Assembly: GCA_022394755.1 (NCBI GenBank)
Contig: JAGFCA010000028.1
Location: forward strand, 3,237-67,236
Length of the DNA: 64,000 nucleotides
From: Candidatus Poribacteria bacterium
Lineage (GTDB): Bacteria; Poribacteria; WGA-4E; WGA-3G
Reading direction: 5' to 3'
Shown here: positions 29,101-39,274 of the stretch, in pieces
How positions within the stretch are numbered: position 1 is the stretch's first letter
How the letters are laid out: every line of letters begins with the position of its first letter
Position numbers and translations under genes: made by a program
Notes under the pieces: generated by a model
Seen by the model: the letters and a program-made list of their open reading frames with translations, nothing else
What the model was told of the DNA's origin: nothing
The model's database searches: none

Positions 29101-30301
29101 TTTTTTTCATCTCCGTCATCTTCAACAACAACTCATAATTCCCGTGCCACTGTACAAAATCAGCACCCCCCATAAATGCACCATGTTTTGCTGTTCGACC
29201 ATAGTAGTGCCACAAATCAAAGTAGATAAATTCTATGGGTTCATCAAAAGGTGTCTCAGTAAGCAATCCTTCCTCACGTAGCGATTGCATCAATGTAACC
29301 GCTTCCGAAATTTTGCTATTAGTATCAATAACGACCTGTTCAGCCTCCTGATAATAACGTTCTATCTGTGTAGTTGCGTGGCATTTTAAGCATGTTTCTT
29401 TCATTGCATCTTGCCCCTGTTGATAGGTTGGTCGTTTATCTGAGATAGATGCAAATAACCAATATGAAAGTCGTTCAGTTGTATCGTGTGTAACATTTAG
29501 TCCATCTAAACCGCTTAGGTGACAGGTTACGCAAGTTGGTACTGACATGTCTGCAGTCGTAAGTGATTTGGGTGGTGCTTTAAGATTCATCTCTGATTTC
29601 TGTGCGTTATAAAGGACACCATGCTTCGATTCATGATAAATTTCAATCTGTGAATGGTCTGGTCCCATGTGGCATTGACCACAAGTTTCGGGTTCGCGTG
29701 CTAAAGCAACAGAACTTGAATGTCGTGCATGGCAACTCGTGCAGTTCCCTATAGAACCATCAGAGTTCGGTTTTCCAATATCGTGGCATCCATAACATCC
29801 TACAATCGTAGCACTTTCTCCTTCAATAATTGCTAAAGAATTAGCAGGACGTTCAACAGCTCCTTTATGATACTTTTCAGCAAAGGCAATCTGTTCTGCA
29901 GTAAAATCTTTTGCTCCAGACACTGCTGCCCATGCGGGGGCTGCATGTCTACTTCTGAGAAACTGCGAATATTCAGTTGAATGGCATTCACTACAATTTT
30001 TAGCTGTAAGGTGTTGTGCTATTGTAAACCCTCGGTGTGCTTGTGTTTCCTGATTCTCCACAGCTTTGTGGCAATCTAAGCAGCTTACACCGTGTTTTGC
30101 GTGTTCGCTTCGTTCAAATTGATGGACAACAGCAGACGTAGTACGACGATGACATTCTGCACACTTCCCTGAGGCACGTACGAAATCGGCACTTGGTTGG
30201 TTAACTTCTACCGTTGGTCGTTTCGCATTCAAGATCAACACGATAGCAATCAGAACAATCCCGAGAAATACCGAAATAAAGATAGATTTAAATGATTTCA
30301 T
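29066..30301 (-). CDS. Octaheme cytochrome c, hydroxylamine oxidoreductase (HAO)-family-like
   Basis: Eight CxxCH (CAECH, CLDCH, CSECH, CYGCH, CTSCH, CGQCH, CVTCH, CLKCH); CGQCHMGPDHSQIEIYHESKHG; N-terminal anchor. Confidence 0.88.
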   Translation of the reverse strand: MKSFKSIFISVFLGIVLIAIVLILNAKRPTVEVNQPSADFVRASGKCAECHRRTTSAVVHQFERSEHAKHGVSCLDCHKAVENQETQAHRGFTIAQHLTAKNCSECHSTEYSQFLRSRHAAPAWAAVSGAKDFTAEQIAFAEKYHKGAVERPANSLAIIEGESATIVGCYGCHDIGKPNSDGSIGNCTSCHARHSSSVALAREPETCGQCHMGPDHSQIEIYHESKHGVLYNAQKSEMNLKAPPKSLTTADMSVPTCVTCHLSGLDGLNVTHDTTERLSYWLFASISDKRPTYQQGQDAMKETCLKCHATTQIERYYQEAEQVVIDTNSKISEAVTLMQSLREEGLLTETPFDEPIEFIYFDLWHYYGRTAKHGAFMGGADFVQWHGNYELLLKMTEMKKIAQELRQNATK

Positions 30302-30320
30302 AACAATTTGATACCGTAAA

Positions 30321-31400
30321 TTAAAGCCACTTTTTTAGTTTGAAATAGATAAACATTCCGATACTAATAGTCAACATAGCTAACAGAACAACCGGATAGC
30401 CCCAAAGTGAATCAAGTTCAGGCATGAATTTGAAATTCATGCCATAAATACCAGTGATGAATGTAAGTGGTATAAAAAAAGTGGCAACAACGGTTAATAC
30501 TTTCATCACTTCATTCATCCTATGACTGATAGCGGAAGTATAGGTATTAAACAATTCCGAAACAGCAATTCGTAGAGTTTCTATTGTGTGTATCACCTGT
30601 TCTAAATGATCATAGACATCTTGAAAATACAGATGTGTGTCTTGTGTAATAAATTGTATTTCACCCTTTACCGTCTCTTCCAGTACATCACGTAACGGAA
30701 GTATTGGTCTCCGTAGAAATAAGAATTCCCTTCTCAATGAATTAATCTCAGTAAGTACTTCTGGGGTGGGATTGGTTATAGCTTGCTCTTCTACTGCCTC
30801 AATTCTGTCGTTAAGCTGGTCAATGATTATAAAGTAGTTATCGACAATAATATCAATTAACGCACACAACAAATAATCGACACCCATCTGTCGAATTCTA
30901 CCCATTTTATTCCGTAGTCTGTCTTTTACAGAAGCAAATAGATCTCCAGGTTCCTCTTGCAGAGAGATCAGAAAATTCTCACCAATAATCAAACTGATTT
31001 GCTCTTTAGAAATATCTAATGATGTCGTAGGGTAACCGATGCTTTTGAGAATTATAAATACATACTTATCATGTACTTCTATTTTAGGTAATTGTGTGGA
31101 AGTCATTAAATCCTCAAGCACAAGAGAATTGACACCAAAATGGACTCCGATCTCTTCAATAATTTCCGCATCATGAATACCCTCAGCATGAATCCATAAT
31201 ACAGTATCATCATTTCTATAAGGCAGACATGCCTCAACTGTTTGAACTATATTCTCGTCAAAAAGTGTTTCATTGTAATTGAAAACACTAATTTGAACAG
31301 GGTCTGTTCGTTCTTCCCCTACATAAACAAGCGTTCCTGGAGGAAGTCCAACTTTCCTATTGGTATATTTTTTTAATGAACTTATTAATGGAATCCTCAT
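30321..31400 (-). CDS. corA: Magnesium/cobalt transporter
   Basis: GLPPGTL; MNEVMKVLT..GIYGMNF..MPEL. Confidence 0.95.
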   Translation of the reverse strand: MRIPLISSLKKYTNRKVGLPPGTLVYVGEERTDPVQISVFNYNETLFDENIVQTVEACLPYRNDDTVLWIHAEGIHDAEIIEEIGVHFGVNSLVLEDLMTSTQLPKIEVHDKYVFIILKSIGYPTTSLDISKEQISLIIGENFLISLQEEPGDLFASVKDRLRNKMGRIRQMGVDYLLCALIDIIVDNYFIIIDQLNDRIEAVEEQAITNPTPEVLTEINSLRREFLFLRRPILPLRDVLEETVKGEIQFITQDTHLYFQDVYDHLEQVIHTIETLRIAVSELFNTYTSAISHRMNEVMKVLTVVATFFIPLTFITGIYGMNFKFMPELDSLWGYPVVLLAMLTISIGMFIYFKLKKWL

Positions 31401-31436
31401 TTTATTCTCAATATTTAGGAGTTATGTTGATACATT

Positions 31437-31826
31437 TTAATCCGATACTTTACCACCAATAACAATCAAGAAAGAACTATCTTTCGTTGCATGAACCGAG
31501 TGAAGGACATCACCAGTGAAGGTAACCCCATCCCCTTTTTCAAGTGTAATTTTATTTTTGTTTGATGTGAAGATTATCTCTCCTGTGAGCATAACAACGA
31601 CCGCAGCAGAGGGTGCTCGATGTTCACTCAATGTTGTTTCTGCTTTCATAACAGTCAAAACGACTGTCATTTCATCTCCCCGTGCTAAAGTAAGAGATGC
31701 TCGACCTGAAGTGGCAAATTCGGCTTCTTCCATAAGGTTTTCAGTCATTGAAACAAACGGAAAACCTTGGGTTAATGTTGTATTTAGATCTACTGGTCTA
31801 TATGGTCTTTCGTAAGAGGCATTCAT
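31437..31826 (-). CDS. Cupin-domain protein
   Basis: LSEHRAP..GEI..LEKGD..VLHSVHA. Confidence 0.8.
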   Translation of the reverse strand: MNASYERPYRPVDLNTTLTQGFPFVSMTENLMEEAEFATSGRASLTLARGDEMTVVLTVMKAETTLSEHRAPSAAVVVMLTGEIIFTSNKNKITLEKGDGVTFTGDVLHSVHATKDSSFLIVIGGKVSD

Positions 31827-32094
31827 TATATTCTCCTGATTTAGAGTAAATAGGTAAAAGCAGGCACATTGTTCCCCGAAATACCTATGATGATTCTACC
31901 AAAACGCGCAAACCTTTTCAAGGCATGTAAATTTTGACAGTGTTTACAGACCTTTATCAGCCAAAACACCTATCCCAGGCAAGGTTTTGGTAGTGTGTTA
32001 ATGGTTTATAACGTCGTGAAAGTCGTAGATAGGTCGAGAACTTTGAAAAAGGAAATCACGAATAAGAGCTTATAATTCCGAATACTTTCCTGCT

Positions 32095-32736
32095 CTATTT
32101 TTCGTCAACCCATTCCAATGGCTTGTTCTCTAAATATGGTCGGAGAAGTTCACGTAGTTTTCGATGTGCCTTATGTAAATGGGTTTTTACCGTACCTTCT
32201 GATCGATTTATATGGAGAGCGATCTCTTTCATAAGAAGTTTCTGATCATACCGTAGTTTAAAGACCTCCTGTTGCTTAGGTGGCAGATGTGTTATTGCTT
32301 TGGTGATCATATCCCCAAGTTCTTCCATCTCTACAAAGTGTGAAGGTGATGGAAAACTACCAAATAAGAGACACTCTTCTGGTGTTTTAGGTAATTCATC
32401 ATATAAGTAATTTTGTCGTCTTTTCTGTTTTCGCTGAAAATCGATGCAACAATTCTCAGCTATACGGTATAACCAACTATAAAAAGCGGAATCATGTTTG
32501 AATCTTGGCAACGCTTTATATGCTTTTAGGAATACTTCTTGTGAGAGATCTTTTGTGGCTTCAACGTCTTTAACGTATTTGTAAATAAGTTTAGCAATCT
32601 GATCCTGATATTTTAGTACTAATGTATTAAATGCCGATGTATCACCATTTTGGAAACGTGTAACGAGTGTAATTTCATCAATTGAATCGAGTTCATTAGT
32701 TGACAACATATCTACAGTGTTTTCTATTTTTTGCAT
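32095..32736 (-). CDS. ECF sigma factor (RpoE-like)
   Basis: GDTSAF..DLSQEVFLKAYKAL..FYSWLYRIA; EIA..SEGTVKTHLHKA. Confidence 0.92.
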   Translation of the reverse strand: MQKIENTVDMLSTNELDSIDEITLVTRFQNGDTSAFNTLVLKYQDQIAKLIYKYVKDVEATKDLSQEVFLKAYKALPRFKHDSAFYSWLYRIAENCCIDFQRKQKRRQNYLYDELPKTPEECLLFGSFPSPSHFVEMEELGDMITKAITHLPPKQQEVFKLRYDQKLLMKEIALHINRSEGTVKTHLHKAHRKLRELLRPYLENKPLEWVDEK

Positions 32737-33192
32737 ACTTATCTCTCCTTGAGCAGTTGTTTTATTATTTCATGCATATTGGATTATCTTAGATTCACAT
32801 AAAATCGACTTTGGTTTCTCTCAATTCTTTATTAATCTTTATAATTATTAGGTGATAAAAGAGAGTTTACAGTAAACAACGATGGAGTAGGACGGCATAC
32901 TACGTGGGACAACTGTATTTAAGGTGAAGGACTGGAATCCCAACTACAAGGAGGCAACCTCATACAATTGACACCCATGGGTAGATTGTATTCACCCATG
33001 CAAAACACACTTATGCCGATATGACATTATATATACACACCAAAAACCAAAAAATGTTCCCAAAATTTGGTTTTTCTTTTAATCATCGCATTCTTGTCTA
33101 AAACCCGAAATAGGCAATAGGAAGTTTATGAACAAAGTAAAGTGAATGGTAATAGAAATGGTATAACTATTCTGTGTGCATTCTGCTTTTAC

Positions 33193-33221
33193 TTGACAAT
33201 AACAGTTTAGTAGCGTAAAGT
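33193..33221 (+). promoter_or_regulatory. sigma70-like promoter upstream of the histidine kinase
   Basis: TTGACA-17 bp-TAAAGT. Confidence 0.55.
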
Positions 33222-33251
33222 GTTTATAGTGCTTAGAGATAAGGTATACCT

Positions 33252-34634
33252 ATGCGCCGCTTTAGTATTCAAACCAAAATTGTCCTCCCTTTTCTGCTCC
33301 TGTTTGTATTTGTTTCGATCCTCGTGCCATTGATAACTGTGGAATTATTCGTCTGGAAATACAGTGAACAGTTTACACGTGAAACAGAAGGATGGCTGAA
33401 TGTCATAGTCGACACAGGATATTTCTTGGATAATATCAAGGTGAAACAGGCGTATAGTGTAGAAATCATGATTTTTGGATCGGATTATACGCTCAACTCT
33501 ACAACTCTCACCGGTCTCTCTGATGAAGAACAAAACTACGAATACCTTGCTAACCTTTTTGAACTAAAGGATATCAAGCAGAAATCTGAAGACCAAGCCG
33601 CGAATACCTTACCCATTACCCATGACATCACACTCGGTGGTATTCCTTACAAAGTATTTTATCGAATCCTTCCTCAAGGCAGATACTACTGTCTTTTACG
33701 TCCTATGGATGAAATAGCAGATGCTAAACGGACGCTTACATGGTCAATGTTGGGAATTGCGGTGTTTGTTATTGCCCTTGTGGCTTTTATCAGTCAGAAA
33801 ATAGGAAAAAATCTAACAGATCCGATTAAAGATTTAGTTGGTTTTACAACACAAGTAGCAGAGGGTAATCTTGATAATCAGTGTGAAATTAAGACACAGG
33901 ATGAAATTGGGGATTTAACTGTTGCGTTTAACCAGATGACTCATGATCTAAAACAATCGCGGGACAAGTTAATTCAAGCGGAACGTTTAGCAACTGCGGG
34001 AAAAATGTCTGCCTCATTTGCCCACGAAATTCGGAATCCATTATCATCTATGCGGATGTTATCGCAGATGTTAATGAAAAAGCCTGATGTAACACCAGAA
34101 CAGCAAAAATCTCTCGAATATATCCTTGAGGAAATCGAAAGAATTGATAACATTGTCAAAGGTTTGATGGATTTTGCACGTCCGACAACGCTTAATCTTG
34201 AGCAACAACCGTTACCCCCTGTATTACAGTCCGTTTTAGCATTGATGGAAGCAAACTTAGAGCATCACCAGATTCATTTAGTATCTGATTTTTCAAGTGA
34301 TCTTACGGAGTTTAAATTCGATTCGGATAAAGTGAAACAAGCATTTATGAATGTTGTTTTGAATGGAATGGAAGCAATGCCAGAAGGTGGTACATTAACT
34401 GTGTCTACTTTCAAAGAGAAAGCTGCTGTGTGTATCCAAGTTATGGACACAGGAGTAGGTATATCTGAGGAAGATATCGACCATCTATTTGAGCCGTTTT
34501 TTACTCGTAAGGATAAAGGGACAGGCCTCGGATTAGCAAATGTAAAACGGATTCTTGAGGAACATAACGGTAAGATTGAAATAGATAGTACTCTTAGTGA
34601 AGGGACAACGGTTACGATGTGGTTGCCGTGTTGA
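33252..34634 (+). CDS. Orphan NtrB-type sensor histidine kinase (HAMP)
   Basis: Two TMs, DEIGDLTVAFNQM, AHEIRNPL, DTGVGI, FEPFFT and GTGLGL; no adjacent response regulator. Confidence 0.92.
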   Translation: MRRFSIQTKIVLPFLLLFVFVSILVPLITVELFVWKYSEQFTRETEGWLNVIVDTGYFLDNIKVKQAYSVEIMIFGSDYTLNSTTLTGLSDEEQNYEYLANLFELKDIKQKSEDQAANTLPITHDITLGGIPYKVFYRILPQGRYYCLLRPMDEIADAKRTLTWSMLGIAVFVIALVAFISQKIGKNLTDPIKDLVGFTTQVAEGNLDNQCEIKTQDEIGDLTVAFNQMTHDLKQSRDKLIQAERLATAGKMSASFAHEIRNPLSSMRMLSQMLMKKPDVTPEQQKSLEYILEEIERIDNIVKGLMDFARPTTLNLEQQPLPPVLQSVLALMEANLEHHQIHLVSDFSSDLTEFKFDSDKVKQAFMNVVLNGMEAMPEGGTLTVSTFKEKAAVCIQVMDTGVGISEEDIDHLFEPFFTRKDKGTGLGLANVKRILEEHNGKIEIDSTLSEGTTVTMWLPC

Positions 34635-34948
34635 CCCCTCAGAACTGCCCAAGCAACAATAATGGTAAAACCTCAAGCACTCTCATATTTCCTTGCGAAC
34701 TTACTCTCTCAAGCACGTCGTCTCTAATCTTAGTAAAACCTAACTAACTTGCGACTTCCTGAAGAATTGATTTCCAAACAAGACAACTATATACAGGTGT
34801 TTTTACAAACATTCTGAAGAAACACCCAAACAAACCCCGCTGGGAAACAACGTTGATTTGCACTTGAACTTATTTATATGAGTTATGTCGGTGTGAGAAA
34901 CTCACTGAAACATTGGAAAAGCAGAAAAATGTCCAAACTTTAGTTCTT

Positions 34949-35542
34949 TTAAGCAAGGGAACATAATTCCTGATCATGATAACTATCGGCTTTGATGTCC
35001 TTAGCGTTATGTCGATACGTAGTACAGACGCGATAATCATTTTTACATTTGGCGCAGGTCTTCTCTTGATGTGCAGTCGTATCCTGACAGGACCAGAGGA
35101 TTGTCGACTGACAACTACAGGGACCGATGAGATGTGAGTCAAAGGTTGCCGTTTTTTTCTTACATTTCCTACATAGGATGACAGGCGGAACCCCGTATTT
35201 CGCAAAAAGATTGTTGACGATTTCTTCAGCGGCAGCCGCACCGAATCTTTCGGTCAATTCCGCTGTAGTAACAGTCCTTGCTTCTGCGGTAACGTCCGTA
35301 TCTTCTGCAAGTGCGGCGAAGATTTCACGATAGGCTTCGCCGAATTCTGCGTCCCGTTTCTCAATCTGTTTCTGAAGTTTGAGACAATCTTCCATGGTAG
35401 GATAACGTCTTTTGAATAATTCGGGAGAGAGTCGTAGAAAATTGAATGTGTCGGGATATTTCTCGATTACAAGGTCATTGCATTCACGCAACTTTAAGAC
35501 CCTGGACTCTATGCGTATGGTGTCTTTCATCTTGTTTTGCAT
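34949..35542 (-). CDS. Hypothetical protein with Cys/His-rich C-terminal (putative Zn-binding) region
   Basis: 197 aa; CRKC..CSC..C..H..CAKC..C..H; overlaps the end of the trypsin-TPR gene. Confidence 0.6.
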   Translation of the reverse strand: MQNKMKDTIRIESRVLKLRECNDLVIEKYPDTFNFLRLSPELFKRRYPTMEDCLKLQKQIEKRDAEFGEAYREIFAALAEDTDVTAEARTVTTAELTERFGAAAAEEIVNNLFAKYGVPPVILCRKCKKKTATFDSHLIGPCSCQSTILWSCQDTTAHQEKTCAKCKNDYRVCTTYRHNAKDIKADSYHDQELCSLA

Positions 35543-36789
35543 AACTTTTCCTTTGCCTTCTTGAAATCCGCTTCAGATGCGGCTTGTTGTCCAAGTTTTT
35601 CTATTGCAAGCGCACGATTATAGTAGACATCAGCATCTTCAGGGGACAGGCAGAACGCAGCATCGTAATCTAAGATCGCACCACGATAATCCCCAAGTTC
35701 ATCTTTCGCATACCCACGATTATAGTAGACATCAACATCTTCAGGGGACAGGCATAACGCAGCATCGTAATCTAAGATCGCACCACTATAATCCCCAAGT
35801 TCACCTTTCGCATACCCACGATTAAAATACACATTGTCGTACTGTGGATTTAACCGGATCACTTGTGTGTAATCTAAGACAGCGGACCGAAAATCACCAA
35901 GTGCCTCTTTCGCAAGCGCACGATTAAAATAAGCTACGACAAATTCAGGATTGAGACGGAGTGTCGTATCGTAATCTGACACGGCAGCACTAAAATCGCC
36001 AAGTGCCTCTTTCGCAAGCGCACGATTAAAGAACCCATAGAAATACTCAGCGTTTAATTTTATAGCACAATCATAATACGATATAGCTTTTTTATACTTA
36101 CCTTTCTCTGATTGGGCGGAACCCAAAGCTATCTTCGTATAGGCTCTTATTTCGGGGCGTTTCTGCCACGTTAGCAAAGACTCAACTTGCCTTGAATTCG
36201 ATATCAGTTCTCGCAGCACTATTGTTGGAATAGCATTTACAAAAATATAACTCTTTTCACTATTCTCAATTTCACAAGCAGAAACAACAACACCGACGAC
36301 TTCACCGCTGTTGTTCAACACAGCCCCTCCACTATAACCTGGTCCCACATTATCTTTGGGGCGTTTCACTTTTATTTGAAAGAGTTTGTTACAACGTGGA
36401 TCAATAACAACACCCATCATACCATTATATTCGCTGTTATGTCCATACCCAATAAAATAAACAGGTTCACCCTTTTTAAGGGCTTCAAGATTTCCAATCG
36501 GTAGTGGAACACCAGGTCCGGAAACTTTTATCAACGCCAGATCATTTCTGGTGTCAAACGCTGTTACACCTACAAGCGAGTACCTCTTTGTAAGTGAATG
36601 ACCACCACAAATAGAGACTTTTGTAGATCCATTTATTGCATGCACGTTTGTCACAACTATGTCGCGCGTAACAAAAAAGCCACTCGCCAATCTTCTCGTT
36701 AACCCAAATTTTTTCCTCTTTATGCAAGCGGTTGATCTACGGTTGCTGATTATTTGAGACAATGTGTCTTGGTTAACTCCCATACCCAT
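35527..36789 (-). CDS. Trypsin-like serine protease fused to TPR repeats
   Basis: Triad TNVH / DLAL / GYSGG; about six TPRs (YFNRA..LGD..A..DY). Confidence 0.9.
   Translation of the reverse strand: MGMGVNQDTLSQIISNRRSTACIKRKKFGLTRRLASGFFVTRDIVVTNVHAINGSTKVSICGGHSLTKRYSLVGVTAFDTRNDLALIKVSGPGVPLPIGNLEALKKGEPVYFIGYGHNSEYNGMMGVVIDPRCNKLFQIKVKRPKDNVGPGYSGGAVLNNSGEVVGVVVSACEIENSEKSYIFVNAIPTIVLRELISNSRQVESLLTWQKRPEIRAYTKIALGSAQSEKGKYKKAISYYDCAIKLNAEYFYGFFNRALAKEALGDFSAAVSDYDTTLRLNPEFVVAYFNRALAKEALGDFRSAVLDYTQVIRLNPQYDNVYFNRGYAKGELGDYSGAILDYDAALCLSPEDVDVYYNRGYAKDELGDYRGAILDYDAAFCLSPEDADVYYNRALAIEKLGQQAASEADFKKAKEKLCKTR
35612..35823. repeat. Near-identical 102-bp tandem duplication (TPR units)
   Basis: Two units differ at about 4 positions; a more diverged pair lies at ~35870-36030. 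Confidence 0.85.
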
Positions 36790-37089
36790 GTGCTAACCTC
36801 TCACCTTCTACAAAGTCTAAGACGCTTTTGCGTTAATCTGATGAATATGACATAATAATCAGAGGCTACCATACAATAAAAAAGGGTGTTAACCAAATAA
36901 TTATACAAGGTTTAGCAAAATACCGTCTGAATCTCGCTGTATCATCTCAACGAAAAGAATAATAACATTTATGACAAAATTGTCAATGAAAATCAATCTG
37001 AGTATTAATTGACTTACATGGTTAAAACCTCTGTACTCATTGAAAGCAAACAGACTTCCACACAATCCTTTTCAAATCAATTGTAGATG

Positions 37090-37129
37090 GAATCAATGCT
37101 GAATACTTGTATGAATTCAGCATTGGTTC
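37090..37129. terminator. Hairpin downstream of the TolB-like gene
   Basis: gaatcaatgctgaat / attcagcattggttc inverted repeat. Confidence 0.5.
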
Positions 37130-37185
37130 GTAAGGTATAACCATTTGCGAAACGATTTGAAGGTCTCCCTACAATTCTGATAAAC

Positions 37186-38241
37186 CTATTTTATTGTCCC
37201 CCATTGTGTTGGTTTCTTACCTTCAGGAGAAACTGAAAGCACATCATCACTTATCCAATCAATATAAAAATGATCTCCTTCAAAATCTGTAAGTCGTTTC
37301 ATTTCACCTGTCTTGATATTATACTTATAGATAGTATGAGGTGGGTTTTCTCCCCATCCAAGAGGTAACTCGTTCAAGGCTGCCTTCCTTCCAGTAAAAA
37401 CAATAGATTTATCATCGTCCATCCAATCAATGTCTATACAACTTATGTCTATAGGTATATTTAACCGTTTTACCGTATTGCCGTCTTTATCAGCGATAAA
37501 ATACCGAAATGCCTTGGTGATCATAGATACAATTTCCGGTTTTCGTTCCTCCCACGTATAGTCAATTTGTCTATATACGAAATATCTTCCATCGGATGAC
37601 CATTTTGGTGCCCATCTACCTATATTCAACTCATCCCCAATTGGTGGGGCTAACACTTCTCTAATGTTATCACCATCGGCATCCATAATATAGATACTAT
37701 TTCCAGCTCTCTCCCCACCCAACTGAACAGGTGTGGAAAATATAATGTATTTACCATCCGGTGACCAATCGAGTTGCGCTATGTTTAGATCGTCAGCTAT
37801 CTTCTTGATTTTGCGGGTCTTGATATTTATCACACGAACACTTCGTACGTTTTTTCTATTTATCTCTTGAATCATAGAGAATACAATATAATTCCCGTCT
37901 GGTGAAAAAGCAAACTTACCAAGATCAGCTTTCAGCTCCTTGGGTCCGATGAATTTTTGAATATTTGAACCATCTGGATTCATAAGGTATAGGCCTCCGA
38001 AGTGGCTATGATATATCATAAGTCCGATCAGTTCACCATTGATTGCCCAACGGGACTCATACTTTTCGCGTATTTCGTTCCGACGGAGTTGTGTCACATT
38101 ATCCCCATTATCGTCCATAACGTAAACACCTTCATCACCTTTGTGTATATCGTGTCTTACGGTAAAAAGTATCTTGGCATCCGTCATTGTTGAAGAGAGT
38201 ATTAGTACAATACAAAAAATTACCTGTTTCAAAAAGGGCAT
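37186..38241 (-). CDS. Secreted TolB-like (PD40) beta-propeller with C-terminal VSPEGKKPTQWGTIK motif
   Basis: Signal peptide; YxMxxDGxNI and WSPDGxYI repeats. Confidence 0.85.
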   Translation of the reverse strand: MPFLKQVIFCIVLILSSTMTDAKILFTVRHDIHKGDEGVYVMDDNGDNVTQLRRNEIREKYESRWAINGELIGLMIYHSHFGGLYLMNPDGSNIQKFIGPKELKADLGKFAFSPDGNYIVFSMIQEINRKNVRSVRVINIKTRKIKKIADDLNIAQLDWSPDGKYIIFSTPVQLGGERAGNSIYIMDADGDNIREVLAPPIGDELNIGRWAPKWSSDGRYFVYRQIDYTWEERKPEIVSMITKAFRYFIADKDGNTVKRLNIPIDISCIDIDWMDDDKSIVFTGRKAALNELPLGWGENPPHTIYKYNIKTGEMKRLTDFEGDHFYIDWISDDVLSVSPEGKKPTQWGTIK

Positions 38242-38313
38242 ATCTACTATCCTTTTGCATATTAATTATTGAAGAACCCCTTCAAAGAGGAGTTCTTCAA
38301 TATAGAACAGTTG

Positions 38314-38580
38314 TTTACTCGGTAATATCAACCGCTTCATCTACACTATTAAATGTCACATCATTCTCAATAAAATAATGATCTTCTCCATTAGGACCTG
38401 ATACGACAAGACGAACATACGCACTGGAAGTGTAACTCTGCATATTAAGATCGACACCATAATGCGTTATGGAATTACTATTTGAATATGATCCAAAATT
38501 AGGACCGATACGTTTCGCTTCGACTTGACCGTCCTCATTTTTCGGTTGTTCCTTTTCTTTTACCTCGCGTCCCGTTAATA
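38314..38580 (-). pseudogene. 5'-truncated ORF remnant upstream of the TolB-like gene
   Basis: Open frame ...EQPKNEDGQVEAKRIGPNFGSYS...AVDITE*, with an in-frame stop upstream and no suitable start codon. Confidence 0.4.
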
Positions 38581-38730
38581 CATGTCTACAACGGGAGTAA
38601 ACTCTTCTCCTTTTGATACCTTTCTGGTACCATTATTTCAATCAATATCTGAGACATTGATTTGAAGGAAAAGTACTATATTTTAGCACATCTCCCGTTT
38701 ACAGCAAACAAAACGTCATTGAATACGCTA

Positions 38731-38979
38731 TTACCGTTTGCTATTTTGGAATAGCGACACACCGAAATGCTCACGCACTTTCCTAATAATCACACGTTTG
38801 CGCGACTTCACTGTGCTTTCTGGAATGCCTAACTTCTCACCGATTTCAATGGAAGTCCATCCTTCAAACCATAATTCAATGACCATCTTGTATATAGAAT
38901 TCATTTTATCAATTACCTCAAATATAAAAAGTGTAACTTTTTTCATATTTTCGTTGCACAGACAATACAACAACAGCAC
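38731..38979 (-). pseudogene. ECF sigma region-4 fragment
   Basis: IELWFEGWTSIEIGEKLGIPESTVKSRK HTH; region 2 is missing and a ~45-bp tandem duplication lies upstream. Confidence 0.6.
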
Positions 38980-39274
38980 GATCTTCTGACTGAGTATTTA
39001 GGATTAAATCTCTGTTTTTATACCTTATTTTTTGTCTGTATATTAGGATTAAATGTTTGTTTTGATACCTTTTGACCATCAGAAATATCAGTTATTAAAC
39101 AGGATTCTCTACGTGAAATATGTGTAATCCACGTAATCCAACACAAGATAAGCGAATTAATGTCAAACTTTACATACCCTGAATCTTGATTTCTATTGAA
39201 TCAAAACGACTAATTACCTATAATGTACAGCAAAAGTTATCTACATATATATAAAGAACAAGGACGGTCTGATA

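Noticed and set aside
33371..33386. gtttacacgtgaaaca as a parS site
   Set aside because: Only about 13/16 to consensus with a broken left half, it lies within a CDS, and no parAB is present in the window.
35612..35823. Near-identical repeats as a DGR template/variable pair
   Set aside because: They are in-frame tandem 34-codon TPR units, mismatches are not adenine-specific, and there is no reverse transcriptase in the window.
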